Shown: positions 9,145-18,541 of the stretch, piece after piece | Layout of the letters: each line of letters opens with the position of its first letter | How positions within the stretch are numbered: position 1 is the first letter of the stretch | NCBI GenBank assembly: GCA_002310235.1 | Contig: DBYO01000049.1 | Location: 31,215-95,214, forward strand | From: Bacteroidales bacterium UBA1184 | GTDB lineage: Bacteria > Bacteroidota > Bacteroidia > Bacteroidales > ML635J-15 | DNA: 64,000 nucleotides | Direction of reading: 5' to 3' | Notes under the pieces: generated by a model | Told to the model about the DNA's origin: nothing | What the model saw: the letters and a program-made list of their open reading frames with translations, nothing else | The model's database searches: none | Position numbers and translations under genes: made by a program

Positions 9145-9765
9145 ATGATTGCATTGCTTTCAACGGCTTTCTTTCCAAATGTACAATACATGAGCAAGTT
9201 TCTTGCCCATGAGGTGCTTATTGAAAAGTACGAGACCTATCCTAAGCAGACTTATCGTAATCGTTGCAATATATTGAGTGCAAACGGCGTTTTACCGTTG
9301 TCGGTGCCTGTGCAGAAGAATTATCACATCTTGACAAAGGATATTCGCATCGACTATTCAGAAATGTGGCAGCGCAATCATCTTACATCCTTGAAATCGG
9401 CATACAAGAATTCTGCCTTCTACGATTACTATTTTTACAAATTTGAACGTTTTTTCGAGAAAAAGGAGAAATTTCTTATAGACTTGAATGAAAAAGTGCT
9501 TCAAGCGCTATTCTCGGTACTTAAGATAGATGCGGATTATTCATACACAACTGATTATATTTTCGATTCTGCAAGTTATGCCGATTTTCGCGAAAGTATA
9601 AGTCCAAAACCTTCAAAAAATCGTCCGGATGAGGCTTTTGCAGCAAAGCCATACACACAAGTTTTCTGTGATCGTTTCGAATTTGTGCCCAACCTTAGCA
9701 TTCTCGACTTAATTTTTAATCTAGGCCCTGAAAGCAGAGAATATCTGATAAATTGTATAGGATAG
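9145..9765 (+). CDS. WbqC-family protein
   Basis: The N-terminus LLSTAFFPNVQYMSKFLAHEVLIEKYETYPKQTYRNRCNILSANGVLPLSVPV is the typical Bacteroidota WbqC-like pattern. The position downstream of the lepB pair is conserved. Confidence 0.8.
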   Translation: MIALLSTAFFPNVQYMSKFLAHEVLIEKYETYPKQTYRNRCNILSANGVLPLSVPVQKNYHILTKDIRIDYSEMWQRNHLTSLKSAYKNSAFYDYYFYKFERFFEKKEKFLIDLNEKVLQALFSVLKIDADYSYTTDYIFDSASYADFRESISPKPSKNRPDEAFAAKPYTQVFCDRFEFVPNLSILDLIFNLGPESREYLINCIG

Positions 9766-9767
9766 CC

Positions 9768-10835
9768 TTATTTCTTCAGCATTTCCTTTGCAAAGTGGTA
9801 GGCACCGATATTTATCATCATGCTGGTGTCGAATGAAGAGAACACATAACCGCACTTAGGCATATACGAATATTCCACGGTTTTGTCTGATAGTGGTACT
9901 TTCAATGTTTTACTTTCTGGTTTCACAAATTCGGCCAGTTGCTCGGGTTTGTTGAGGCAATATACGTTCTGTGTTACTCGTGATAGTGAAAGGAAATTGT
10001 GTTGCAGTTCCTTTTCTACACCAGGAATGATAAGCTCTTTTGCTTTCGACAGTCCGCCACCAATTACAACAATTCCATCGAATATTGTAATCAAGTTTGC
10101 TATGGCATCGCCCATACATTCTCCCATGTGGAAGAAAGCTTTTTTCGCTGCGGTCTTGTTGCCTTTTTCTTTGCCAACGCCTATGTAGTATATTTCGCGT
10201 GGCATTGGAGTGTCGTCGAACGGAATCTTTGCATATTCGGAGTAAAATCTTCGTAGCGAACGTATTGCTATCAGTTCCTCACAGTTGCGGTCGGTATCGA
10301 GTCGGTTCGACATTTTCCATATTTCACAAGCGGTGACATTGTCGCCTGTAATGAGCATCTTGTCGTGTACAAATCCTCCGCCGAAGCCCGAACCAATTGT
10401 AATACCAACGACGTTTCGGTACTGCATCTTATTGCCTGCCTTGTGTAGTTGGGCGTTTATTAGAGGAAGCGAGCCAGCAAGCGACTCTCCGTAGGTGTAT
10501 AAATCTCCATCATTGTTGATGAATACTGGCACCTTGAAGATATTTTCGAGCATGGCCTTCAGTGGCACGCCGCCACGGAAACCTTTGAGGTTCTCGGTGT
10601 TGCCGATAATACCTTCTCGGTAGTTTGCAGGACCAGGGAATGCAAAACTTATTGCATCAATTGGTTCGCCTATAGCATTTTGCTGTTGCTTGAAACCGTC
10701 AATCATTCCTAACAGACATTTGTCAAGATCGTGTCCGTTTGATGGTATTTGTTTCGATTCTCCTATGAATCTTCCATCTTTTATTGCCGAAAAAACAAAT
10801 TTGCTTCCGCCTGCGTCGAGTGTCAGTACTATCAT
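9768..10835 (-). CDS. ROK-family sugar kinase/regulator-like protein
   Basis: Re-anchored to ATG 10835 (MIVLTLDAGGSKF). ROK-like blocks are VFINNDGDLYTYGE and GITIGSGFGGGFV. No CxCGxxGC zinc motif was seen. Confidence 0.75.
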   Translation of the reverse strand: MIVLTLDAGGSKFVFSAIKDGRFIGESKQIPSNGHDLDKCLLGMIDGFKQQQNAIGEPIDAISFAFPGPANYREGIIGNTENLKGFRGGVPLKAMLENIFKVPVFINNDGDLYTYGESLAGSLPLINAQLHKAGNKMQYRNVVGITIGSGFGGGFVHDKMLITGDNVTACEIWKMSNRLDTDRNCEELIAIRSLRRFYSEYAKIPFDDTPMPREIYYIGVGKEKGNKTAAKKAFFHMGECMGDAIANLITIFDGIVVIGGGLSKAKELIIPGVEKELQHNFLSLSRVTQNVYCLNKPEQLAEFVKPESKTLKVPLSDKTVEYSYMPKCGYVFSSFDTSMMINIGAYHFAKEMLKK

Positions 10836-10861
10836 TTGTGTAATTTTTAAAATCAGTCGGA

Positions 10862-10869
10862 CAAAGATA
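10862..10869 (-). promoter_or_regulatory. Candidate -7 promoter box (TATCTTTG) for the ROK gene
   Basis: TAnnTTTG match on the minus strand 27 nt upstream of ATG 10835. Confidence 0.35.
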
Positions 10870-10900
10870 GTTGCTTGGAGAATTTTATGCAATAGTTTTT

Positions 10901-12127
10901 TTATTCTTCTCCTAAATCAATAGGCTTTTCACCGACAAGTATATCGGTTTCTATTCTTATTCCAAAACCTTCTTTGGGAATGTATATGGCTGGCTCGCAA
11001 CTCAATACCATGCCGTTTTTTAATGTCGTATGCCTGTTGCCTACATCGTGGACGTCGAGTCCGATAAAATGTGAGCAAAGGTGTGGCGAGTTGCGTTTTA
11101 CTGTAGCGTGTACCGATTCCTGATGTGCAATTTCGTTCTTTGTGACGAGTTCGAGTCTTTGTTGTGCTTCGAGCATCAGATTTTCAAATTCGGAGTGTAT
11201 GCGGTCAATTGATGAGCCAGGGATATAATATTGCTTTATTTGACGCTGAATGGACATTATTTCGTCGTAAACCTGTTTCTGTCGTGGCGAAAAATTTCCG
11301 TTTACGGGAATTGTGCGTGTGATGTCGGCGGCATAGCCCTTGTATTCGGCCCCAACATCCATAATCAGCAGGTCGCCATCGTGGCAAATACCTTGATTGT
11401 TTATGCTTTGAAGAATGCAGTTGTTGCTTCCCGATGAAATTACAGGCTGATATGCAAAGCCATCGCAGCCGCTTTGGCGGATTTGTTTGTAAAATTCGGC
11501 TTCGATTTCATATTCGTGGATGTCGGGTCGGATAATCTTGTTAACTTCGGCAAATGCGTGTTTTGTAATCCTTATAGCTTCACGTATGCAACCTATTTCG
11601 TAGTCGGATTTTTGCAGTCGCAAAGTTGTGGTTATGGGGTCAATATCGTTGAATTCCAGATTGCTGTGCAACTTTTTCCATGTTTCCTGACGGAAATTTA
11701 TGTATTCGGTCTTGCGTATGTTGTTGCCAAAGGAAAGATATATTCTGCCTTTGTTCGAATTAATGATTTCATCGGCAATGCAGTCGAAGCGGTTTAGGTA
11801 TTCCACGTTGGCTATGCCCGAAATGTCGCTGACTTCTGCTTTAGTAAGTTTTATGCCTGTCCATACGTTTATATGTTCGGTTGGTTCTATGACGAAAGCA
11901 TATTCCTCAGCTTCGGTCGTGCTTTTCTTGTGTAGAAGAAGTATTGTTTCTTCCTGCCGTATTCCGCTGTAGTACAGGACATCGGAATTTTGGCGATAGT
12001 GGAAAAACTGATTGGCATTGCGCGAAGGCATGTTTGCCGAGAATAGTATCACGGTATCGCCGTTGTCGATTTGGTCGAGCAATTTATGGCGGTTTTGTGT
12101 GTGAAATTCGCGTTCCAATGAGTTCAT
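10901..12127 (-). CDS. Xaa-Pro aminopeptidase (M24B family)
   Basis: Re-anchored to ATG 12127 (MNSLEREF). It has the AMP_N-like block FHYRQNSDVLYYSGIRQEE and the M24 metal-site blocks DVGAEYKGYAADITRT, HFIGLDVHD and EPAIYIP..GIRIETDILV. Confidence 0.85.
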   Translation of the reverse strand: MNSLEREFHTQNRHKLLDQIDNGDTVILFSANMPSRNANQFFHYRQNSDVLYYSGIRQEETILLLHKKSTTEAEEYAFVIEPTEHINVWTGIKLTKAEVSDISGIANVEYLNRFDCIADEIINSNKGRIYLSFGNNIRKTEYINFRQETWKKLHSNLEFNDIDPITTTLRLQKSDYEIGCIREAIRITKHAFAEVNKIIRPDIHEYEIEAEFYKQIRQSGCDGFAYQPVISSGSNNCILQSINNQGICHDGDLLIMDVGAEYKGYAADITRTIPVNGNFSPRQKQVYDEIMSIQRQIKQYYIPGSSIDRIHSEFENLMLEAQQRLELVTKNEIAHQESVHATVKRNSPHLCSHFIGLDVHDVGNRHTTLKNGMVLSCEPAIYIPKEGFGIRIETDILVGEKPIDLGEE

Positions 12128-12128
12128 C

Positions 12129-13511
12129 TTACTTTTCCTTCCAGTCGCCATTGTCGGCAATAACTTTCTTAAGCATTTCCACGGCATTGTCTTGTGGAAC
12201 GTCGCGAATTATAGGTATTTGTCCCTTGTATATTATCACATGGTCTTTGGTGCTGCCAACGCATCCGTAGTCGGCATCGGCCATTTCGCCGGGACCATTC
12301 ACAACGCAGCCCATAGTGGCGATTTTTAGACCTTTCAAGTGTGAAAATTCACGTTTCACAGCTTCCGAAATGCGTTCCAAATCGTAGTTGGTGCGACCAC
12401 AGCCTGGGCATGAGATGAATTCTGCTTTGCTGATGCATATTCCTGCTGCCTGCATGAGGTCGGCTGCAAAGTCGTTGTTTGCATATCCGTTAATGTCGCC
12501 GTTTATTTGTAAATTGTTTATCTTTCTGTCGATTAGGCTATTGGCAAGCGAAATGCAAGTTTCAGAAATGGCTGTTTCGGGATTGTCTGACTTTGGCGTG
12601 AAGTTTACTGAACCAGAAAAGTCTGGGGTGGCAATATTTTCCGAGTATGCCTTCTTTTCCCCGAATTCTGCCATGAATTTCTTGGCAAATGTTATCTCGT
12701 TTACAGGGGGTTCTGTCAGTGAGACTCTTATTGTGTCGCCAATGCCTTTGTTGAGCAGGTAGGCAATTCCGAGACATGACTTTATTCTAGCGTCTGTGCC
12801 AGCACCGGCTTCGGTAACACCCAGATGTTGAGGATAAACATTTCCTGTTTCAATCATTCGTTGTGTAAGAAGGCTACATGATTCGGTCATAACCTTTACG
12901 TTGCTTGCCTTCATCGAAATGACAAGATTGTGGAAGTTTTCAGCATTGAAAATACTAATGAATTCCATGGCGGCCTCGACCATTCCCTTGGCGGTGTTGC
13001 CGTAGCGCGACAAAATCCTATCGGACAGCGACCCGTGGTTAGACCCGATTCGGATGGCAGTGCCGTATTCGTTGCAGACTTTTATCAATGGTAGTAATCT
13101 GTCGTGTATTTTTTCGAGTTCCAGGTTGTATTCGTAATCGCTCAGGTTAAGTTCCTTGAAGTTTGCTCGCTTGTCGATATAGTTGCCAGGGTTTATTCTT
13201 ACTTTTTCCACAATTTTTGCACATTCTTCTGCAATTATCGAGCTGAAATGTACATCGGCGACGAGCGGTTTAGTGTATCCATCGGCGACGAGTTTCTTTT
13301 TGACTTGTTGCAGACTATCAATGTCGGGCGTACGTGGAACAGACAGTCTTACGAGGTCGGCTCCAGCACCAAAAAGTTGTTTGCATTGGCTAACTGATGC
13401 TAATATATCGCCAACTGGCACATTTGTCATGCTTTGGATAGCAATCTTATTTTTGCCTCCAATGGTAATGTCTCCGATTTTAACTTTCTGTGCAAATACG
13501 TTTTTTGTCAT
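12129..13511 (-). CDS. ispG: 4-hydroxy-3-methylbut-2-en-1-yl diphosphate synthase (flavodoxin)
   Basis: Re-anchored to ATG 13511 (MTKNVFAQKVKIGDITIGG). The Fe-S ligand motifs SCPGCGRT and GCVVNGPGE are present. Confidence 0.9.
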   Translation of the reverse strand: MTKNVFAQKVKIGDITIGGKNKIAIQSMTNVPVGDILASVSQCKQLFGAGADLVRLSVPRTPDIDSLQQVKKKLVADGYTKPLVADVHFSSIIAEECAKIVEKVRINPGNYIDKRANFKELNLSDYEYNLELEKIHDRLLPLIKVCNEYGTAIRIGSNHGSLSDRILSRYGNTAKGMVEAAMEFISIFNAENFHNLVISMKASNVKVMTESCSLLTQRMIETGNVYPQHLGVTEAGAGTDARIKSCLGIAYLLNKGIGDTIRVSLTEPPVNEITFAKKFMAEFGEKKAYSENIATPDFSGSVNFTPKSDNPETAISETCISLANSLIDRKINNLQINGDINGYANNDFAADLMQAAGICISKAEFISCPGCGRTNYDLERISEAVKREFSHLKGLKIATMGCVVNGPGEMADADYGCVGSTKDHVIIYKGQIPIIRDVPQDNAVEMLKKVIADNGDWKEK

Positions 13512-13513
13512 TA

Positions 13514-14377
13514 TTATGCCATTTTTAATGCTTTTAGCAAGGGTATGATTATTTCTTCGTTGTCGGTTGGTATATTGTTGTTGCCATAACCTAGGGTTAT
13601 TTCTTTTTTTATTTCGAGGCCATGAAAATCGCTTCCGCATGAAATCATAAGGCCTAGTTCGTTAGCTATTTTTGTATATTTTTCGCATTGCTTTTGAGTG
13701 TGACTGCTATGGAAAACCTCGATTCCGTCAAGACCAAAAGTTTTAAGTTGTTTTATTTTTGCGAAAGTATTTTCTAGTGAAAGTTTTAGCGATTTGGGGT
13801 GAGCCAGAAAAGCAAGTCCACCAGCCTTGTGTATCAGTTCTATGCAGGTCTTGGGAGGAAGTTTTTTTCTTTCTATGTTTTCAAGTTTTTTAGACCCTAA
13901 AACTTTCTTAAATGCAATTTCAATGTTATCGCAGAAGCCCGTTTCTACAATTGCAGCGGCGATATGAGGTTTCCCAATCGAATCACCCTTAGCATGTTTT
14001 TTTACATTCTCCATGCTAATTTCGATATTGAAAATGCATTTTATGGCCTCTATTATATTTTTGTTCCTTTCTTCGCGGGCATCACGCAACATTTTCATTA
14101 CCATGTTGAATTCTGTGTTGTCGGGGTCGATTCCAAATCCTAGTATGTGCATTTTGCCAGTGTCGGTTGAGGCACTAAGTTCTATTCCAGAGATTACGCG
14201 TATCCCGTTTTTTTTGCCTTCTTCAATGCATTCTTTGACATTGCCTATAGTGTCGTGGTCGGTTATTGCAATAGTTGTTAGTCCTATACGTTTTGCTTCT
14301 GCGATAATTTGCTTTGCATTTAAACTTCCGTCAGAAGCTGTAGTGTGTACGTGTAAATCAAATTTTGCTGTTTCCAT
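13514..14377 (-). CDS. PHP-domain metal-dependent phosphoesterase (TrpH/YciV-like)
   Basis: Has DLHVHTTASDG at the N-terminus, ITDHDT, and the later His motifs (FLAHP, SDFHG). Confidence 0.8.
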   Translation of the reverse strand: METAKFDLHVHTTASDGSLNAKQIIAEAKRIGLTTIAITDHDTIGNVKECIEEGKKNGIRVISGIELSASTDTGKMHILGFGIDPDNTEFNMVMKMLRDAREERNKNIIEAIKCIFNIEISMENVKKHAKGDSIGKPHIAAAIVETGFCDNIEIAFKKVLGSKKLENIERKKLPPKTCIELIHKAGGLAFLAHPKSLKLSLENTFAKIKQLKTFGLDGIEVFHSSHTQKQCEKYTKIANELGLMISCGSDFHGLEIKKEITLGYGNNNIPTDNEEIIIPLLKALKMA

Positions 14378-14397
14378 TGGTTTATATTTGCTTTTTT

Positions 14398-15186
14398 TTA
14401 TCGGGTTATTGAAATTGTTTTGTCTGTTTCTCCTTCAAATATTTTTATGGCTGGACCTTCGAGCCAAATGTTAGTATATCCGTTATTGTTTTTTTCGAAG
14501 AAAACCTTGAGCCGGCTGGCTTTTGTTTTCAAAGTTATGGGGGAGGCGTTGCTATATTTTGTGTTGATACACAATGCAGAAGCTACGTTTCCTGTTCCGC
14601 AAGCCAATGTTTCGCCTTCTACTCCACGTTCGTATGTTCTTATTCTGAATCCGTTCTTATTGTCTATAAAGTTTACATTTGTTCTTTCTGGTGCAAAGCG
14701 TTTGTCGTCGGCTAGTTTTCGACCTTCGGTATTGATGTCGATCTGGTCGGTGTCGTCAACGAATTTGACAAAGTGAGGAACGCCGGTGTTAGTCCACATT
14801 CCATCGTCAAAAATAGTTATGCCATTAACGTCAATCATTTTTATTCTCACATTCTCATCATCGATTATGCAGGCTTCGTGTACTCCGTCGTCAGCAGAGA
14901 ATTTCATGTTTTTACCTGCAATATTGTGGTCGAAGGCGTATTTTGCTATACATCTGCCACCGTTTCCGCACATATTTGCACCATATCCATCGGGATTGTA
15001 GAATACCATGGAAAAGTCGGATTTGTCGCTTTTAGTCAGTTCTATCAGACCGTCGGCACCTATGCCAAAGTGCCTGTCGCATAGTTTCTGTATCTGTTCT
15101 GGCGTCAGATTTATCGACTTGTCGGTGTTGTTAATGATAATGAAGTCATTCCCAGCGCCTTGGTATTTTTCGAATTTCAGTTTCAT
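14398..15186 (-). CDS. dapF: Diaminopimelate epimerase
   Basis: Re-anchored to ATG 15186 (MKLKFEKYQGAGNDFIII). The two active-site Cys motifs MCGNGGRC and LACGTGNVA are present. It shares a 4-nt ATGA overlap with the upstream gene. Confidence 0.9.
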   Translation of the reverse strand: MKLKFEKYQGAGNDFIIINNTDKSINLTPEQIQKLCDRHFGIGADGLIELTKSDKSDFSMVFYNPDGYGANMCGNGGRCIAKYAFDHNIAGKNMKFSADDGVHEACIIDDENVRIKMIDVNGITIFDDGMWTNTGVPHFVKFVDDTDQIDINTEGRKLADDKRFAPERTNVNFIDNKNGFRIRTYERGVEGETLACGTGNVASALCINTKYSNASPITLKTKASRLKVFFEKNNNGYTNIWLEGPAIKIFEGETDKTISITR

Positions 15187-17669
15187 GCGGTTGCGTGTTT
15201 TTGTCTTGTTCTTTTTATTATTCCGATAACGCAAATAATTGCGATAATAGCTAACAATGTTGCGTTGCAGGTGGTTGATGTAATTCGTCCTGCTACAGCC
15301 GACTTGGGTTCGTAACGGAATTCTATTTCATGATCACCCTGTGGTACAATCATTCCGCGCAGGATATAGTTACATCTGAAAAATGATACTTTTTGTCCGT
15401 CAACGTAAGCTTTCCAACCTTTAGGGTAAAATATTTCGGAGAATATTGCCATACGGTTGCCTTTGCACGAAGATTTGTATTTTAACGTGTCGCCATTGTG
15501 TGTGGTAAGTCTAATAAAGTCGGTGCTGTCGATGGCAAATTCAATATCGGCAAATTCTGGCTTGTATTTCTCGTTTACAATGGCGGTGTTTCTTGTGTCG
15601 ATATGCTGTAGCTTTGCTATTTCCAAAATTTCAGAATCTGCCCACTGTATGCTATCGGCAAACCAAGCATTACTCGAAGCGTGCGTGTTTTCGAGAGGTT
15701 TTGCTCTTTCAGAAAGTATTATGTACTTTACGTTTAGCATGTCGAGTGTTGGTGTTTTGTATTTATTGGAAAAAACTTCTTGAATTTCGTCCTGTGTCAT
15801 TCCGTCTCTCTGTGCCCACGATAGGATGCTGTATCTAGTGAGTGCCAATTCTTTGTTGAGGATTGAATCACAAAACGTGCTGTACCTTTTTATGCAATAG
15901 CCGTTGCCTCCTAACGAATTGTAGTTTTTGTAAGTGCTATTGTCGTTGTGTACTATGTCGTAGCTAATATCAACGACTCTGAATTCGGAAGTGTCGGTTT
16001 TTATTATGTCGTTTGAAATATTCGAGTGAATAGTTTCGTCGTCGTTTGTAAATGTTCCGATAAGTCCAAAGTTTGTAAGAGAAATGTCAACTATTGTAAG
16101 GATGATAAGTGTTGCTACAACAATTTTTACGCTTTTCTCCTTTCTAATAGAAACCAACGCTATCATTGCACCGAGTAAAATGAAAATGAGAGATTTTGCT
16201 GCATCGCGTCTTACAAGCGACATCCTGTCGCTGCGTATGGCGTTAATGTAGTCGTTTTTGAATTCGGCAGTGGCTTCTGCATATTCTATACCTTGTGGCA
16301 TATACGATGCAAGGTTTTCTGCGACTTCAATTTCGGCTGCGTTTTGTTGAGAGCTGCTGCAATTGCCTGCGATACCAGGGAATATGACGAAGATAAGAAG
16401 TATAATTGCTGGGATTCCTGCCGAAATGTATATCGATATTCGTCTTTTGTTTTCTTTTGTTTCTGTGTCGGGATTAATAAGTTCCTCTGTGCCTAAAGCC
16501 GCCAAAATCGAGATTCCTAGAGCTGCAATTGTCAGTATATTCGAGAATGTACTGAAATTGTAAAACAAAGGTATGTTTTTTGTGATAAAATATTCTATGT
16601 TACCACAGGATATGATTATTGAAATTGCGACGATTGCAATTGTCCACCATTTGTTTTTATTTCGGCTGCAGAAGCATCCTAACAATGCAAGAAATATTGT
16701 AAGTGCTCCTATGTATGAAGGACCGTTGTTGAAGATTTTTTTGCCGAAGTAAACAGGCGACTTGTCGGCTATTTTTTCAGCATTGGCTTGTCCGAAAAAT
16801 GGTGCGAGAAGATTATATGTTTCTGAGTTTGTTGTCAGATGTCTGTTCGATTTTCCGCCTTTGATGTTGCCAACAAGCAGCGAAATGCATTCTCCTTCAT
16901 CATCGAAATATGGTTCACTGATGTTGTAGTTAGGAACAGGCTTTTCTGCGTATTTCTGGTATTCGTATTCCTGAAACATAGTCTCGCTATTTGTGAATAT
17001 GGCAATTCCCAATGCGATAACAGTAAATACAACTCCACTAGTTTTTTCTTTAGCGGTCTTATGTTTTGAAATTATTTCGTAGATTATGTAGGTAAGTGCT
17101 ATGAAAAAAGTGTAGTAAATGATTTGATAATGGCAGGTTGCGGCTTGCAATGCTCCGGCTATCAGTACGATAGGCGTACCAATAAATTTGTGTTGGTTGA
17201 AATTAAGAACAATTCCCGCCATTATGTATGGCATCATGCAGACGGCAAGCATTTCGGCATATTCACCCGCTTGTAGTTCTGCTATTACGTATGTAAAAAT
17301 TCCGAATGGAATTGAGCCGATGAGAGCGCTCGCTGGTTTTATCTTTAGAGTGTTGAGCAATATGTATATTCCGATTAGCGATGCTAGCAAAGTGCAGAAA
17401 ATGGCAATTGGATATTTTGAGCCTTGAATTGTCTCTATTATTGGGGAGAACAGGTTATGTCCTATTACACTATGGTGCGATACAGCAGGGCATCCCGACA
17501 ACGATGTGTTGTCCCACAGAGAGTTGTTTTCTATAATGCAGTTTTCTGTGGCGTTTTGTTCTGTCTCGACAAAATATGCTTTTGTGCAAAAGCCTGAGAT
17601 TCCAATGAAAATCAGAATGGCTATCGCGTGATATAGTACTTTGCTTCGGTCTATTATGTTGTAAGACAT
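15183..17669 (-). CDS. YfhO-family polytopic membrane protein (putative glycosyltransferase)
   Basis: About 828 aa with many TM helices. The C-terminus FYPKGWKAYVDGQKV...GDHEIEFRYEP is typical of YfhO. The track start at 17681 is GTG; the first ATG is at 17669. Confidence 0.8.
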   Translation of the reverse strand: MSYNIIDRSKVLYHAIAILIFIGISGFCTKAYFVETEQNATENCIIENNSLWDNTSLSGCPAVSHHSVIGHNLFSPIIETIQGSKYPIAIFCTLLASLIGIYILLNTLKIKPASALIGSIPFGIFTYVIAELQAGEYAEMLAVCMMPYIMAGIVLNFNQHKFIGTPIVLIAGALQAATCHYQIIYYTFFIALTYIIYEIISKHKTAKEKTSGVVFTVIALGIAIFTNSETMFQEYEYQKYAEKPVPNYNISEPYFDDEGECISLLVGNIKGGKSNRHLTTNSETYNLLAPFFGQANAEKIADKSPVYFGKKIFNNGPSYIGALTIFLALLGCFCSRNKNKWWTIAIVAISIIISCGNIEYFITKNIPLFYNFSTFSNILTIAALGISILAALGTEELINPDTETKENKRRISIYISAGIPAIILLIFVIFPGIAGNCSSSQQNAAEIEVAENLASYMPQGIEYAEATAEFKNDYINAIRSDRMSLVRRDAAKSLIFILLGAMIALVSIRKEKSVKIVVATLIILTIVDISLTNFGLIGTFTNDDETIHSNISNDIIKTDTSEFRVVDISYDIVHNDNSTYKNYNSLGGNGYCIKRYSTFCDSILNKELALTRYSILSWAQRDGMTQDEIQEVFSNKYKTPTLDMLNVKYIILSERAKPLENTHASSNAWFADSIQWADSEILEIAKLQHIDTRNTAIVNEKYKPEFADIEFAIDSTDFIRLTTHNGDTLKYKSSCKGNRMAIFSEIFYPKGWKAYVDGQKVSFFRCNYILRGMIVPQGDHEIEFRYEPKSAVAGRITSTTCNATLLAIIAIICVIGIIKRTRQKHATA

Positions 17670-17962
17670 GTTGTCAGACACTGAAAATATTTATTTGGGG
17701 TGCGAAATTAATAAAAAAAGCTAATAAAATCTGCTATTATTATGTTAAATGATGTTAATGAAATCTTGAGGCTTTTTGTGCTTCTTTTTAGATAAAAGTT
17801 TCCGTGTGGTAATGTGCTGACCTTTAGGGTTTTATAAAATTATTTGAAAAAAAGTTTTGTTCGGAGGCATCCTTTTGAAAAAAAAACGTTTAATAGGTGT
17901 AATTGTTTAAAATAAAAAACGTATCTTTACGCGGTTTTTAAATTAAGGAAAAAAGTATTTTT

Positions 17963-18535
17963 ATGAATAGGATTGTTATCGGTGTGCTCTTTGTTCTGTT
18001 GGCGTTGTGCCCGTTGGGTATGAGTGCTCAGCAAACAGGCGGTCAGTCTTCGTTATCGACAGGTGTCAATTCTGCATTAGGTGATATTACGTCGATTAGC
18101 GGTGATTTTGTTTTCGACGAGAACAAGATGGTGGCGATTCCAAATACGAATATTAAGATTCAGCCACCCGAGTATTTCAAATATTCTGAATCAGTGCCAG
18201 GTTTTGTTCATGTGGGTACTATGAGTAGCATTCAGGTTGAAGAGGTTGTCGGCACATCCTATTTGCTTATTGCAATGGCAATGGATTCGGCTTATTTTGC
18301 AACGCAGGGTATGACGCTGATTTCTACCGAACCAGTTGTTCTTCGCGATGGAAGCGAAGGAATACTTTATACTGCCGAAATGAAACTTAAGGGTTTCGTT
18401 TTCGAGCGCTTGGTGCTTATGTCGGGTGACTATCATTACACTATATGGATAAATGCTGGATATATTAAGATGTTGAGCTCGAAGCTGAAACCTATAGTCC
18501 TGCAAAGTATTTTGACTTCTAAAATTTATGAATAA
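17963..18535 (+). CDS. Hypothetical secreted protein (signal peptide), first gene of adhesin locus A
   Basis: MNRIVIGVLFVLLALCPLGMSAQ is a signal peptide. I recognise no domain. The stop codon is 6 nt before the ATG of the giant gene. Confidence 0.6.
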   Translation: MNRIVIGVLFVLLALCPLGMSAQQTGGQSSLSTGVNSALGDITSISGDFVFDENKMVAIPNTNIKIQPPEYFKYSESVPGFVHVGTMSSIQVEEVVGTSYLLIAMAMDSAYFATQGMTLISTEPVVLRDGSEGILYTAEMKLKGFVFERLVLMSGDYHYTIWINAGYIKMLSSKLKPIVLQSILTSKIYE

Positions 18536-18541
18536 TTGTTT

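Noticed and set aside
17682-17962. A phase-variable (invertible) promoter upstream of the adhesin loci, also considered for 24228-24576 and 28121-28451.
   Set aside because: I found no pair of inverted repeats of 15 bp or more flanking a promoter-sized segment, and no nearby recombinase gene.
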